Source: Paraspadella gotoi
Lineage: Eukaryota; Animalia; Chaetognatha
Assembly: GCA_051294375.1 (NCBI GenBank)
Contig: CM119271.1
Span: 16,714,470-16,778,469, forward strand
Direction of reading: 5' to 3'
DNA: 64,000 bases
Shown: one piece after another, positions 36,451-50,573 of the stretch
How positions within the stretch are numbered: the first letter of the stretch is position 1
Layout: each line of letters begins with the position of its first letter
Notes under the pieces: model-generated
Databases searched by the model: none
Seen by the model: only the letters and a program-made list of their open reading frames with translations
What the model was told of the DNA's origin: nothing
Position numbers and translations under genes: made by a program

Positions 36451-36841
36451 CGAGAGAAAGAGAAAAAGTCTTTGCCAATTTGCTGCTATCACATCACTAC
36501 TTCTCGTTTACAATTGCTGTTTACATGTATGGGACAATTGGTGAAAAGTATAAACTTGAATCAAATTTAAGTAAACTGATTGCTTCTTGTTGTTAATTTT
36601 TAATAACTCGGTCGCCCGCTCTAAATATTTTTATGGCAAACATCATTTTTCAATTAAGCTGAATGGAGAAATGTATATCTTAAATTGACTTTTCACTTTT
36701 AAAAATGCCTTTTTTATCATTAAAAAAAATTACATCGCTATATATAAATGCATCTGCCGCTACCTTGACAAACAGATAATAATAAAATATGTTTTAATTT
36801 GTTTTTAATCATTACATTGTTAAGATCAAAACTGTTTCGTA

Positions 36842-38268
36842 ATGACGCCGCTGTTTTTTTCTCGTTTTTTTTTTGTTTCGTCTCCGAGCGGAAGCCTCAA
36901 TATCAAAATCGACAAAGATCATGAATTCTATTTCTCGCCGTATGTCACATGTCGTCAATAAATAATAAATAATTTAATTAATGAAAAGTAAAACAACAAA
37001 TAAATAACAAATAAACAAATTCTATAAATTCATCCAACGGTTGTTTGATGAATCTTTTCCAAAAACCCGATCAATGATTTTTTTAGCTTAATAAATCGTT
37101 CACCCAATAAAAATTAATTATGATATAAATAAAATAAAAATTAAATTTCTCGCCTCGTATTTTTGACGTTCAAGACCGCGCATCTACGATCGCTCGTGTT
37201 CGTCGCGTCCAAACGAAGATTCGCGTCCAGTCACGGTCAACATTCCAATTTCTTTATTTCTTCATGAATTCAATCTCAGAATCGAATATGGAATTCACTA
37301 TGGACATTTTCTTGAGGTCTTTTTTAACTTAAACCTTTTTATAATTTCCAAATCTATAATTGAATTTTAATTCAAAACTTAAAATTAAGTGCGAGCGTTA
37401 GTATTCGGATCAGATTTAGTTTCTCATTAGGACTTTTCGAGAGTTAGATTAGAATTAAAAAATTTTAGTTAGAATTTTAGAACTAAACCAGTTTGTTTTT
37501 GTTTTACAAACGAGTTTTATTTAACCAAATGACTACAGATATGCAATTAAAATTTTTAAGGTTTTTAGTTTATATATTTAACTAATTTTCTCTAGGCAAA
37601 AATGGTGTGACGCTAGGCTGGAAACACACGCATCAAAAACCAATTAAAGTTGTTCCTTCCAAAATCCGTGCACAAATATGGTATTCAGATTTGTTTTCAA
37701 ACGAAAAACGAGGAAATCTTCACAAAATCACTTCAGGTTTCTTTGGTGAAATTTATAGGGAAAAAATAGAGGGAGGTATGAAATGGTATGAAATTGTTAC
37801 CCATGTAAAATCGTTCTGAAAATTTATTGTTTTAAAAAACTTATAGCAAACTGAAAGATCCTTTTTGAATTTCCATATTTTGTTAATTTTGTTATTAGCC
37901 AAAACACATACATTCGAATCAAAGGAACGGAGAAGTTTTGCTCAGTCAAAAGGTTCACCTTGACTTTATCTTGCTCATGGAATTGTCAATGTTTCCATTT
38001 GGACTCACAAGGTAAAATCTCACATAAATTATTTAACAAAATTATACTTTTGATTATATACCTGTGATTCTTCAACTGACAAAACCGTTTAATGTATACA
38101 GAAATGTTGGAATTGAAATTATCTTTACGGTTACAAACATGGATTGACCGTTGTGTTTCGGATTCCGGATGAAGACCCTGTGCAAGTACGTGAAGAAACG
38201 ACTTTCCCATCTCACGTGCTGGACAATTTGAAAACAATAGAATGTACTAAAGCTTACAATTACTACAG
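36842..38268 (+). pseudogene. Inverted, frameshifted copy of GlyR-like exons 1-5 (probably an assembly artefact)
   Basis: Reverse complement of 24774-26177 including introns, with many 1-nt indels; lacks the transmembrane exons. Confidence 0.85.
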
Positions 38269-41200
38269 GTACAAATTATATAGAATGAATTTAAATGTGG
38301 GTATTTATTACCTATAAAACGTAGTCGGCATGTTGTAAGAGTTCACCCGGCCTGCGTTTCAAGCCAGGACCAGGAGGAGTCAAGAAGACGTAATCTGTTT
38401 TTTGTTAATGTTTTATGTTAATAAAAAAAAGAAAGAAATTGCAGACCGGAGGGTTTATCCTCAACCCAATGTGGTAGGGTGTCTCACGCTTAGGTAGGGT
38501 AGTACCATGGGATCGATACGGTTACAATGGGTATCGTCGCGCGGACAATTGGGGAATCGATCTCGGGTACCATTTGGGGATCGATCACGGTAAATTGGGG
38601 ACTCGATCTTGGTACAATTGCTATCGATCGCAGTACAATGGGATCGATCGCTGTACCATTGGGGATCGAACGTGTACAATTGAGATCAATCTCGGTACAT
38701 TAGGATCGATCGCGGTACATTGGGATCAATTGCGCCTACAATTGGTGATTCGATCGCGTACCATTTGGGGATCGAACATGGTACAATTGGGGATCGATCC
38801 CGGTACCATTGGGGATTTGATTCACGGTAAAATTGGGGATCGATCACGGGTACAATTGGGATCAATCTTAGTTACAATTAGATCGATCTCGGGTACCATT
38901 GAGGATCGATCTCGTACAATTAGGATCGACTTTACCTGAGATCGATCGCGGGTCCATCGGGAATGGATTCGCGGGGTACAATTATAGGATCGATCTTGGT
39001 ACAATTGGGGATCGATCTTTGGTACAAATAGGGATCGATCTCGGTACAATTTTGTGATCGATCACGGTACAATTGGGACGATTGTAGGTACATTGAGGAT
39101 CGACGTGGACAATTTTGGGGTGATCGATCTTTGCGTACAATTGGGGATGTTCGCGTTACAATTGGATCATCTCGGTAAAATTGGGGATCTTATTTGGTTA
39201 CAATTGGGGATCGATCTCGGTACAATTGGGGATCGATCATTGGTACAATTGGGGAGTCGAACGTAGTACAATTGGGGAATCGATCTCGGTACCATTTGGG
39301 GGATCGAGTCGCGGTACAATTTGGGATGATCCTGGTTAGGTTTATTGGTCATTAGCTGATGGTATTACTAAATAAGGCGGGTTAAATTTGATCCTTTATC
39401 ATTAGAAATTCTTGTCCCGGTCCTTTTTTACATCGATTTACTCGGCATGGGAGTGCACAAGATGAGATGTCCGGGATACGTTCCGGACCTTGGGCTACAA
39501 AAAAAGGTGTAATCAAATTTTCCTCTAATGACAGTTTTTTTTATAAATTATTAATTGCTATATATAAATCAATAAAGTAGTAAAAAAAATTTAAAATGTT
39601 TAAATTTTTTTAAAATGAAAAATATCCATGCATCATCCATAATCTATGACAATTACTTTCGTTTGAGGTCTACCTTATTCTATTCTTTAATAGTTTATGT
39701 AATTTAATTTTTCTTTATTAAAATATTATTTTAATTTTTTTTTCAAATAATTTAATTAAAAAAAATTATACTATGACCAAATGATTGAAGAAATTTTATA
39801 TTATAAGGGGATTACCTACCTGAATATAGGCCTTCAATATACATATATTAGTAAGTTTTTATAATGATGTTTTGACATAGAAAATAAAATAATTTATAAA
39901 AATTAATATATGAAAAAATTTTAACTTTTGAATTTTTTTTAGCATAATAAACATTAATTTATTAATTAATTGTTCATGATTGCTTTAATAGCTATGGTCA
40001 GTATGTATCATTCTCAATTTATAATTAATTTTATAACTTTTTTTTATTTTTTAGTAATACTGACTGCTATATTTACTTACTTTTGACAAAATCCAAAATT
40101 ACTGCGTATTTTAAAAATTATGTATGAAACATAACGAAAAATTTTTTTTAAATCACTGCTATTTAATTGTTTGAAACTGATATAATATATCCTTGGACAA
40201 AATTTAAAAAGTTTTAAAACAATCCCAACTAGACATTTTTAAGGTTGTCCAAATGTATTAAATATTTGATATCGGACTGCTTTGTAGGTTTTAAACTTAA
40301 TTTCAGTAGCCTCTTTAATATGACAGAAAAGCAGTATTTTAACAGTTTTTTCTATTTGGAGGTGGGCCATCAAAGTACTAACACATATTAACATCAGTAT
40401 TATTTGTTAAGTATAGTAGATTTCTCTATAGATTTTTATTTTTGAAAACGTTTTACTTTTTTTTCTATAATTTTTCTTGAACGACAAAAACGTTTTTTGA
40501 TTACCGAAAGATGGAATGTAAAAATTAAATAAATAGTACCATATAGTTAGATTGTATGTCTAAGAATAGATGAAAAAAAAAACCTGTTTAAAAATTTGAT
40601 CGGGAAGTTGGAACTAAGGCTTACCAACGGTATCCTTCATGCTGATCGTTTCTCTCCTTATTATTTTTTTTTAATTTAATACATTGAAAGTGGGAAAAAA
40701 AGAAAATTCAGAATTTCAGGTGGCTAAAGGGTAGAGAAAATGTACATAGTGACTGATTATAATTTGACCTTTTTGTCTTGCGTAAATGGGGGCGTAAAGA
40801 AACCTTAAAAAATGCAATCATAAGTCAGTCAATTGAACCCTTTTCACGAATTTTTTTTTTCTTTAATTAAAATGGATGATAATAATAGAATTTAAATTCC
40901 CTTTATTAAGGTTGGTTATATTTAAAAGAAAATTATCAATACAATTCAACACAATGATGTCTTGCTTTTGTCAAATATTGTCAGGCAGTTAAGTTAATTT
41001 AAAAATTTTATTATTGATAAAAGCAGTATATCAGCTTTTTCTTTGCAGTTTAAAGATAATGAAAATGATTATTTTTTTTTCACAGACAAGGAAGGTAGAC
41101 GTCCAACTGTTTATATCAAGCTGAAAACATTTATTATTTTATCAATTTTTATATTTAAAAAAAATTTTATCAAGGCTACTACAAATTTTTTGGCTTGTTT

Positions 41201-42367
41201 TTTACTTTAACTGAAAATACAAGCAAATTTTATAAAGTAGAGAAAATTTTAATGGTAATAAAAATGTAATTCAGACTTTCCTCTTTTAATTTACAAAAGA
41301 AAAACAAAATTTTATATGCCTTCATTGATTTTGTAATGCAAAAAACTGATTATACTTTTAACTCGTATTTTAAATAAAAACTTGTGTAAAGATTTATGGA
41401 TAAAATTTTAACAAAACTGTTCTAGAAATATGTTCATGGATTAGGGCTTTAATTTGATACCACCACCCACCCTTGCTACCTCTTTTTTTTTCAAAAGGAT
41501 ATTCAAGAAAATAACTTTTTTTTTATTACTTTGCATCTTTGCAGTTTTTTTTAAACCAACCTAACTTTTGGCCTAAAATGTCTATGTTTGGATTTTGTTT
41601 TAAACTTTTTTTAAATTTTTGTTTCCAAGATTAATTTATATTCAGTTCAAACAATTAAATAGCTTTGTGATAAAAAAAGTTTTGTCTGTTTATTCTCTTC
41701 TCTTNNNNNNNNNNNNNNNNNNNNNNNNNAGAGAGAGAGAGAAATCGTGCTTCTCTTTTTTTTCCTCTCTCTCCTTCCATTTTCGTTTGGCGGGAAAATC
41801 TCTTAAATCATGAGCATCTGTTTGGTTGTCAGCCATTTTTCTCCTTTTTCTTGCTCTTTCTCCTCCTCCTCCTCCTCCTCCTCCTCCTCCTCCCCTCTTT
41901 TCCTCTCCATTTTCTTTTTATTTTCTCTTAAGTCTTTTTCCCTCAAACCCAATTCACTGACTCACCGTTTCACCGTCTCACTGAATCCGTTTCGGCTTTT
42001 CATCCATATCCGCTTATTTTATATCTGCCTGTCTGTCTGTTGTGGATCTCTCAGTCTGTCAGTCCATCTTCTATCACAACCTTTATTTTCACTCCCTCTC
42101 TCTTTCACCATCCTTCATTTTCTTCTCTTTCTCTCTCTCTCGCTCTTTTTCCATCTCTACGCGAAAAAAATAAAGATATTTATATATTTTCGAAAGATAG
42201 TTTTTTTCCAGATTTTAAACAAATCGTTCGAATTTTATTGAAGCCAAAAAAAAGAGAAATGAAAATCTGAGATAAAACGGATTCTTTGGCGAGGAAGCCT
42301 TTTGCCACGGTGGGACTCTTAATGCTACGTTTGATTTGCTACGGGCCACAACTGAAACACCCTAGGG

Positions 42368-42391
42368 CCGCACATGTCGCGGAATACTAGT
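42368..42391 (+). mobile_element. Helitron-like 3' terminus
   Basis: GC hairpin CCGC-ACATGTC-GCGG followed by AATA-CTAG|T. Confidence 0.45.
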
Positions 42392-42540
42392 ATATACCGA
42401 GATTATATATTATATATTGGCTTGGATAGTAGAGTGATGTGAAAATGATAAAATTTTAGAAAATTAAAAAATTTAGCATATAAACATGAACATAAAACCA
42501 ATAAAAATATTTTGGTAAATTTATTTTTTAATTTTTACAT

Positions 42541-42930
42541 TAGTGGTTACCAGTGAGCTTATTTATATATATAGTAGTTTATAATAGGCTAAAATTTCAA
42601 AATATAAATTTTTAAAATTTTAAGATCGAATTTGATTCCTTGCAAAAAGTTATTATAAAAAGTACAATTCTTTTTTAAAAATCTCTTTATTAAGTTAGTT
42701 AAAAATGTAAAAACTATATTTAAGACGCCGATTTTAAATTTCCAGCTTAAAATATAGTTTTTTGTAATTTTAACCTACTTAATGACATAATTTTTGAAAA
42801 GATTTATACTTTCTTTATTAACTTTACAGAGGAATCTGAATCTGTTCTCAGAATTAAAAAAAAAACATTTTGAAATTTTGACATTATATAAGGTAGTACT
42901 ATATACAAAATAAGCTGACTGGGCTACTAT
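42541..42930. mobile_element. Diverged foldback / MITE-like palindrome
   Basis: ccagtgagcttattt / aaataagctgactgg outer arms; aaaaactatatttaag / cttaaaatatagttttt inner arms. Confidence 0.65.
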
Positions 42931-43877
42931 ATTTATAAAAAAGAAAAATAATTACAGATTAGTATTCACTAATATGATAGTTTTCAAGATATAACTGCTA
43001 AATTTTGATTCCAAACTATCACTTCACCCTATTGGATAGCCTACTTGGCTCACGCCGGTTAAGAGAAGGAGGGGGAGAAAGGAGAGAGAGAAAGAGAGAG
43101 AGAGAGGAAGGGAGAGAGAGAGAGGGAGGGAGAGAGAGAGACAGACGAAACTTATCGACGCTTCGGTCGCGACAAAACATTAAAAAGAGAAAAAAAGAGA
43201 CAGAAAAATTGGAGAGAAAAAAAGTTGTTCATTTGTCCGTAAAAAATTGGGTCATAATCGCGTGAAATTGTTTGGGTTGTTTTTTATTTTCGGGGCGACG
43301 GAGAAGCGCGGAGGGGTGGCCTTCTATTTTTTGACACAAAAGATCCACAGACCTCCCTCCATTAAAAAAAAGACACAAACAAAAGGATAAAAGGGAAAAA
43401 AGGAGAGAAAAAAGTAGTTTTAAAAAATTGCGCCATTTATGAGGAGAACTGCGGAGGAAAATTAAAGGAAAGAGTTTGAAAGAAAAAAGTTTGGAACGGG
43501 AGGAAAGAGAGGGAGTTAGAAAGGGGAGAGAGAGGAAAGAGAGGGAGAGAGAAAAGGGAAAGAGAGAGAAAAGGGAGAGAGAGGAAAGAGAGGGAGAGAG
43601 AAAAGGGAGAGAGAGAGAGAAAAGGGAGAGAGAGGAAAGGGAGAGAGAGAGGAAAGGGAGAGAGAGGAAAGGAAAGGAAAAGAAAATAAAAGAAGGGAAA
43701 GTAAAGTAAAGTAAAGTACAGTAAAGTATAGTAAAGTAAATGAAAATGGAAAAAAAAATAAGTTTTTCCTTCCAAGGGTTTGTGAGCGAAACAGAGAGAA
43801 ACCATTAAAGTCGTTTTTGTGAAATGCCAAAGTTGAGAAAAATAGTGAAAGGAAAACAAAGCGAAAAAGCCGTTCGG

Positions 43878-43929
<52 letters not shown>

Positions 43930-46402
43930 GACCATCTCTCATTAACCAAGCTTCAACGAGGAAACTGTCTGTTTACGAAAATATTTTCCCCCTATGAATG
44001 GATGGGTTGGTGAAACTGTGTTCTCGTAATATTGTATCTTGTGCTTATAGTATTTTCAATAATTACAAGAACTTTGTGTTGTATTGATGCTCTCTATCTC
44101 CAAAAGACAATATTGACATCCCTCTCCCCATTACATTATTAAATATTATATAAATAATTAACTCTAATACTTGTCTAATTTAGTCTAATATACATTCTAG
44201 TAAAACAATTAATTTTACAATTTTCATTATAAAGAATAATTAGGTATTTCCAAGTTAAAAAGTGAAATGTTCAGGGAATAGTTAGGAAATTGTAGGCTGA
44301 AGCCATCCTAATAGGCAAAGTTTACTTAAAGTTAAACACTAATTTTTGAAAATTTAATTTGAATCAATTTTTTTTATTTAAAAGTGCATCACAGAGGAAT
44401 GGAACCCGGAAACAGAGGAAAGGATTAAGGAAGAGGATTCCGGAAGAGGAATCTTAAATGAGTGAATCCACTCACGACGTCGACTTGGCTGTGAAAAGTC
44501 ACCACTTCTAAAATGTTCACGTTGAAACCAAGAATAGCGGTTGCCGACCAAATTCAAATTTTAATGGGAACAGCATTAAAATAATCCATTATTGGTATTA
44601 ATTATTTTGTTAAAATATTTTTTAGCAAAAATTTTCCGTACCATGAGTAATTCGCTAATTAAAATCATTATATTGTCCAAATTTTTTTTTGATATTGTAA
44701 AATGTAATTACAACTTTTAACAAATTTTAATGTTTTATTATTGAAATGTAGTAAAAACTGCTAAAATCATCATCTGATGATGATAATTTTTTAAGGTTTT
44801 TCCTAATTTTAATCCACTGTAGAAAATGTTTATTATTTTCTTTGCCTCGAGGTTCGCGCGTTTGATTCGTCGGCCGTAGGTTAAACTGGCTTTAAACATG
44901 GAGCAAGGATTTATAAATCTCAAATGTTGTAAATGTTGAATAAATGACGTGAATAAGTTTAAATAAACTTATATAGTATATAATATTGTTGAGGTTATTA
45001 AATGGCGAAATTAATGTAGTAAATTATATTCATGTAGAAAATCCTTGGATTCGGTAAAAACTCCGGTTCCATTCAGCCGATCTTTTCCAGAGAAACGATT
45101 ATGATCGAATAACAAGTGACGAGGTTTTCGGCTAAAAGAAAGTTACAAGAAAGCGACGAGAACGGTGAAAAGACTGGTCTGAAAAGGTTAACTAAATGAC
45201 CAGGAAAAAGTGTCCTGAAGCAAGGTCACCAAATCTTTCACCCCCGTCCAAAATTGTTTTACATTTTTCTTCAAAGTAAGTGAATTTTGCCTAATTAAAT
45301 TTTTACTAAGCGCAAAACGAATTTCGCCACTCTATCAACAAAATAGTGCATTTGCAATTGCGAAAATATCTCTTGCTGTAAAACTAAATGACCAGGAAAA
45401 ATGACCGGACGCAAGGACACAAAATCTTTCACCCACTTATCATTAAAATATTTTTTTAAAAATTATACTTTGCTGAGACAACTTTCCCCAAAAATACAAA
45501 ATTCAAAAAATTGTTTTGGAATTTCCTATCTATAGATAGGAAATTCCAAAACAATTTTAAATTAATTAATAAAAAAATTATTACAAGTGCTTCTAGCCAT
45601 TTTAGAAAATTTTGGTCCTTTGAAAGTTTTCCCAGAAATGTATGAAGTTTCATTTGGGAATGTTCCCAAATCAAACTTCTGGCCCACCCCATTGACGAAG
45701 AAGACACAAATTGAAATGAATCTTATAGTGATGATATAATATCTATAATTAAAAAAACTAGATATTAATATAACCAGGAGACCAAACAAACATGCTTCTT
45801 TCATTAATAGATATATATTTTTAGATTTAGCTAATTAAAAATTAAAAATAAGATTATGAAATAGAAAAAAGAATCAAATAAGTATTTTAGAATAAAAAAG
45901 CTCAAAAACCATCTTATTGGAAACGGATCCACCAAAGTCTAAACTCATTTATTCCCAAAATTTTCTTTTCATTTTACTTTTTTTTTTATTAATGTTGCAC
46001 CAAAGAAAAAAAAGAAAAAAATAGATGCATGAATATTTTTTTTTCCTCTTTCGATATAACAACCTTGTTTCCTAGGTCTCTTCTCTTTTTTCAGCCCCGA
46101 AATCCGTAACCGATTTCCTTTAGAGAACTACGTTACGATCTCGAGAGAATTCGAGTTCCAATCGATAGAAAAAACCGAGAGATTCAAGGATGTAATTTTC
46201 TTTTTCCTTTTATGTCGACCGCCCCGTCAATGGTTATCGTCGTTTTCGTCGTTTTCGTCGTCGTCGTCGTCGTCGTTCGTGATCGTTTGACGTTGTTGTC
46301 GTTGTTGTTGTCTTTAAGTCGTTATGTGTCACGAACATTTGCGATAATCCCCTTTCCCGATCATAAATAACTATGATTAGATTTGGAATAATAATAATAA
46401 TG

Positions 46403-46502
<100 letters not shown>

Positions 46503-47306
46503 GGATTATGAATGAAATTGAATATAGATTTTAAAATGTAAAAACTTTTAAAATAAAATCCTCCCCTTGACTGTGGTTGACTGGTTGTGGATGTCATTGT
46601 CGTTCTAGTGATAATTGTGGTCGTTGTGGTTTTCAACGTTGTTGTTGTTGTTGTTCTTAATTTCGATATTGCGAGGATTTCTGGCGGAGAAGGAGGAGGA
46701 GGAGGAGGAGGAGGAGGAGGAGGGAGGTAGAGGAGAAAGGACGAGAGCGGAAGCAGAAAATGTGGGAGGATGAAGAACCAAAAAATCAAATACATCATGG
46801 ATTTTTTCAGTTTGAAAAAGAGAAATAGGAATCTAGGTTCTATATTTGATATGAAATAATAGATAGCATTTTTTAGAGAAGAAAATATAAAATGGAAAAA
46901 AAGTGAGAAAAATAAAGATAAAGAAGAAAATAAAGACGAAAAAAGGAGAGAGAAAATAAACTGATATGAAATGAAAATGAGAGTAAATGAAAAATGAGAT
47001 AAAATAAAAAATGAATGGAAACTAAAAAATTATTAATTGAAATAAAAATTGAAAATAAAATAAAAAAAGATAAATGAAAAAAGGGAAAATGAAAATGGAA
47101 CGAAAAATGAAAAAAGTAAAACTAAAAAAAGAAGAAAATGAAAGTAAAGGATAAATTAAAAGATAAATTAAAATAAAAAAGGAAATAAAATAAAAAATGT
47201 TTTTAAAAAAGAGTTGGGGAAGGAGTTTCATTCTCCCGCGATTCAACGAAATCTATTTTCTCGATCGAAAAAATCGAAAAACCGAAGAATTTAGAAACGA
47301 AAATTA

Positions 47307-47320
47307 GTTGCCATGGAAAC
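47307..47320. promoter_or_regulatory. RFX X-box motif GTTGCCATGGAAAC
   Basis: Exact fit to GTTNCCATGGNAAC, at the edge of a GC-richer island. Confidence 0.55.
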
Positions 47321-47819
47321 GGGAAAAGGCCTTGGCGCCGCACGAGAGCGAGGCTGGGAGTCCTCGTCGTTGTTGTTGTTCTCGATCTTGGTATTATTTT
47401 GTCGTTGTTGTCCGGTTGTTGTTGTTGTTGTCGTGGATGTCGTCGTCTTCTTTTTCGATGTCATCGTCTAAGCGTCNNNNNNNNNNGAGAGATAAAGACA
47501 AAGAGACAGAGACAGAGAGAGTGATAGAAAAAGTGAGAGAAAGATAGAGAAAGAAAGACAGAGAGACAGATACAGAGAGAGTGAGAGAAAGAGAGAGTGA
47601 GAGAAAGAGAGAGACAGTGACAGAGAGAAAGAAGGAGACATTCCGCTTAATGGAAGTTTTCTCTTCCAGTGAAAAATATTTCCAAGTTTCCGTCGACTTG
47701 TTGTTGTTGTTGTTGTTGTTGTTAATTTTCGTTTTTTGATTTTGTTGCTTTTAGTTTCAATACTTTGTTTTTTCTTTTCTTTTATACACTTTATATTTTA
47801 TGACTATTTTTAGCTATTA

Positions 47820-48025
47820 AATTAATACAACCAATAAAAAATTATACATTTATTCAATAAACGAGCTATCTTGCCCCTGACTTTGGACAGGCTTTGGTGG
47901 TTTAAAGCCTCCATCACTCTTACAAGATAATGACATAGCAGGTCCCTGCAAGCTTTCAATCAAGACTCTTTCACAGTCTCGTTTATTCACTCCTAGAGTA
48001 CCTGACTTCCCTATTAATGAAGTGG
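47820..48025 (-). mobile_element. Family A copy
   Basis: Near-identical to 22183-22387. Confidence 0.8.
47867..47929 (-). ncRNA. Type-P5 twister ribozyme, family A (intact)
   Basis: Same as 22230-22292 except the linker is GGCTT. Confidence 0.78.
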
Positions 48026-48102
48026 TTTAATATTTATTTATTTATATAATTTATTTTTATTTGCTATTTGTTATTTTTTTTCTAATTTTAAGAGCAGAAA
48101 GA

Positions 48103-48649
48103 AACAAGTTTGAGAAAACAATGTCGGATCTGCCCACGATCATTAGCAATAATTAATTAATAAATTAATAAATAAATTAATAAATTAATTAATTTTTGTC
48201 ACTGACCACAACAAAAGCGACGACGACAATAATGCCGATAACGATTGACTTGATTGATTGATTGATTAAGTAATTAATTAATTGATAAATAAATTGATTG
48301 AATAATTTATTTTTAGATAAATAATTGATTGATTTAATAATTAATTGAGTTATTTATTGACTGATTAATTAATTATTGATTAATTAATTGAATAATTTAT
48401 TAAATAACTGAATAATTACTTGATTAATTAATACATCTTGTATTTACATTTAATATAAAAAGAAAAAGAAGCTTAATCAATTAGTGAAACAGGTGTTTTG
48501 TCTTTTTCCATTTAAACTCATTTCCACTCAGACGATTCCATCGAAACTTGATTTCCAGTTTAATCACACACTTTTCTACGAACATACAAAATTTCATTCC
48601 AATTCATCCATCCAATCACGAGTAATTGGAATTTTTTGCTAAAGGACGA

Positions 48650-48680
<31 letters not shown>

Positions 48681-48840
48681 GACGGACATCTTTTTTGTAT
48701 AAATTATCATACTTCGATTTTCTGACATAATATAGACAATGACAAGATTGAGGGGGCGTACCGACAGGCCGACAGGCGTACCGACAGGCCGACAAAATAA
48801 ATTACAAAGCCGGGATCTGCTGATAAGCAGATCCGACTAA
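48103..48840. mobile_element. Non-autonomous Helentron/DINE-1-like element (family B)
   Basis: Subterminal inverted repeat GTCGGATCTGC (48123) / GCAGATCCGAC (48827) with adjacent palindrome GGATCTGC-TGATAA-GCAGATCC; internal (GACA/GACG)n and (TTAA/TTGA)n tracts. Confidence 0.65.
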
Positions 48841-48926
48841 AAAGACGCCAGCGAAAGTCACAAACAGAAATGGACAACATCAAATCCGTTGAGGAGAGAG
48901 AGAGAAAAAGAGAGAGAGAGGAGAGA

Positions 48927-48988
<62 letters not shown>

Positions 48989-49441
48989 CGGATGATAAAG
49001 AATAGAGCAACGACGCATTCAGAGCGAAAATTAGTTTTTTTTGAAAAACGAATTCTTTGGAAGTATGAAATGAAGTGAAATGAAATGAAATGAAATGAAA
49101 TGAAATGAAATGAAATGAAATGAAATGAAATGAAATGAAAAGAGATGAAAAAATTAACCTAATTACAAGTTTTTGGAAAAATAAGGGCGTCCGTGGCTAA
49201 CTGGATAATTTTTAATAAATTCTTTAATACTTCAGTTGTCAGTTTAAGATGATAGCGACAACGATGACGATGACAAATACTACGATGATGACAACGACGA
49301 AAAAGACGATGACGACGAAGAATCAAGCGCTGAAGTAATAAATCCCTCGACCAACGAAGCTTCACGACGATGGGTGCATAACTAATTCTTGGCAATGGAT
49401 GAAGATTTAGTCTTATTAAAAACTTTTAATCGGCTATAAAC

Positions 49442-49640
<199 letters not shown>

Positions 49641-50048
49641 GGCGCCGCAACAAATGCGATAATGACGTCGTTTGTGACGTCAACGTTAAACCCTAAAAAT
49701 GTCGTCTTCATCGTCGTCGTTTTCGTCGTCGTTGTTATCGTCTTCGTTGTCGTTTTAATCTTCATTGTCGTTATCGTCGTCATTGTCGTCTTTCTAATTT
49801 TATCACCACAATGTCACAAATCACAAATCAATTAATCTCTTTATAAATACAAATGAATCATTGATTGAAATTTAATAAGATAGTTTTTTAGTCGTATCTG
49901 CTTATCAGCAGATTCCGACTTTATAATTCACTTTTGTCGGTCCGTCGGTCCCACCCCAAAATCTTGTCGGTAAATCATTTTTATCATATCAGAAACTCGA
50001 ATTATGATAAATTATGCAAAAAAAATGATGTCTGTGTGTCCGTCCATC

Positions 50049-50573
50049 TGTAGTCGGGTATTGCCTAGGTTCACCCCGCCTAAAAGCATGACACCTGGTT
50101 CCAAGCCCAGGACCCGTTACATGGCTGCTAGAGGGGGTTAAAGAAGTTGCGGATATACACTCTTTAGCCCCACTTAACGCCTTTCCACACTGGAGAGCCC
50201 ATCCTGTCAAGCGTATTCCAACATTCTGATTCCAGGCCCAATGACTTGCTGAAGATTGCTCCCCTCCCTCCACTGGAAGCAGTGCGGGGTGGGTTACAAT
50301 CTGGGGGGCATGTAGTCGGGCATTGATTAGGTTCACCCCGCCTTAATGCATGACACATTCAGACCACAAAGTACTGGGTTCAATCCCAACCTAGTACCTA
50401 CCCTGCGGGAAGCGTGAGGATGGCCGTAAGCCGCCTTGGGGGCGTGGAAAACACTCATGCCTGGTTCCAAGCCCAGGACCCGTTCCATGGCTGCTAGAGG
50501 GGTTTAAAGAAGTTGCGGATAGCACTCTTCTGCCCCACTTAGCCCATCCTGTCGATCGTATTCCAACCTTCTG
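50049..50573 (+). mobile_element. Tandem partial dimer of family D (retrozyme-like, unit ~360 nt)
   Basis: Direct repeats start tgtagtcggg at 50049 and 50311. The first unit lacks ~100 nt including the 5' half of the twister. Diverged fragments at 24534-24601 (+) and 24652-24724 (-). Confidence 0.7.
50405..50483 (+). ncRNA. Type-P5 twister ribozyme, family D (with P3)
   Basis: GCGGG-AA-GCGT-GA-GGAT-GGCCG-TAA-GCC-GC-[P3]-G-CCTGG-TTCC-AA-GC-CCAGG-A-CCCGT; predicted cut 50427/50428. Confidence 0.75.

Noticed and set aside
36842-38268. Secreted AChBP-like paralogue made of exons 1-5
   Set aside because: Indel-ridden mirror image including introns; best explained as an artefact.
39417-41700. Transposase or GIY-YIG remnant in an AT-rich block
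   Set aside because: Only a short KEATEIK-like peptide; no sustained frame or terminal repeats recognised.
48105-48114. CAAGTTTGAG resembling the 3' end of nematode SL1
   Set aside because: Only 10 nt, with no GT donor or Sm site; it is the terminus of repeat family B.
50070-50140. P1-type twister using the downstream GAGGGG
   Set aside because: P1, P2 and T2 do not pair in that register. The P5 permutation fits the complete unit, and this copy lacks its 5' half.
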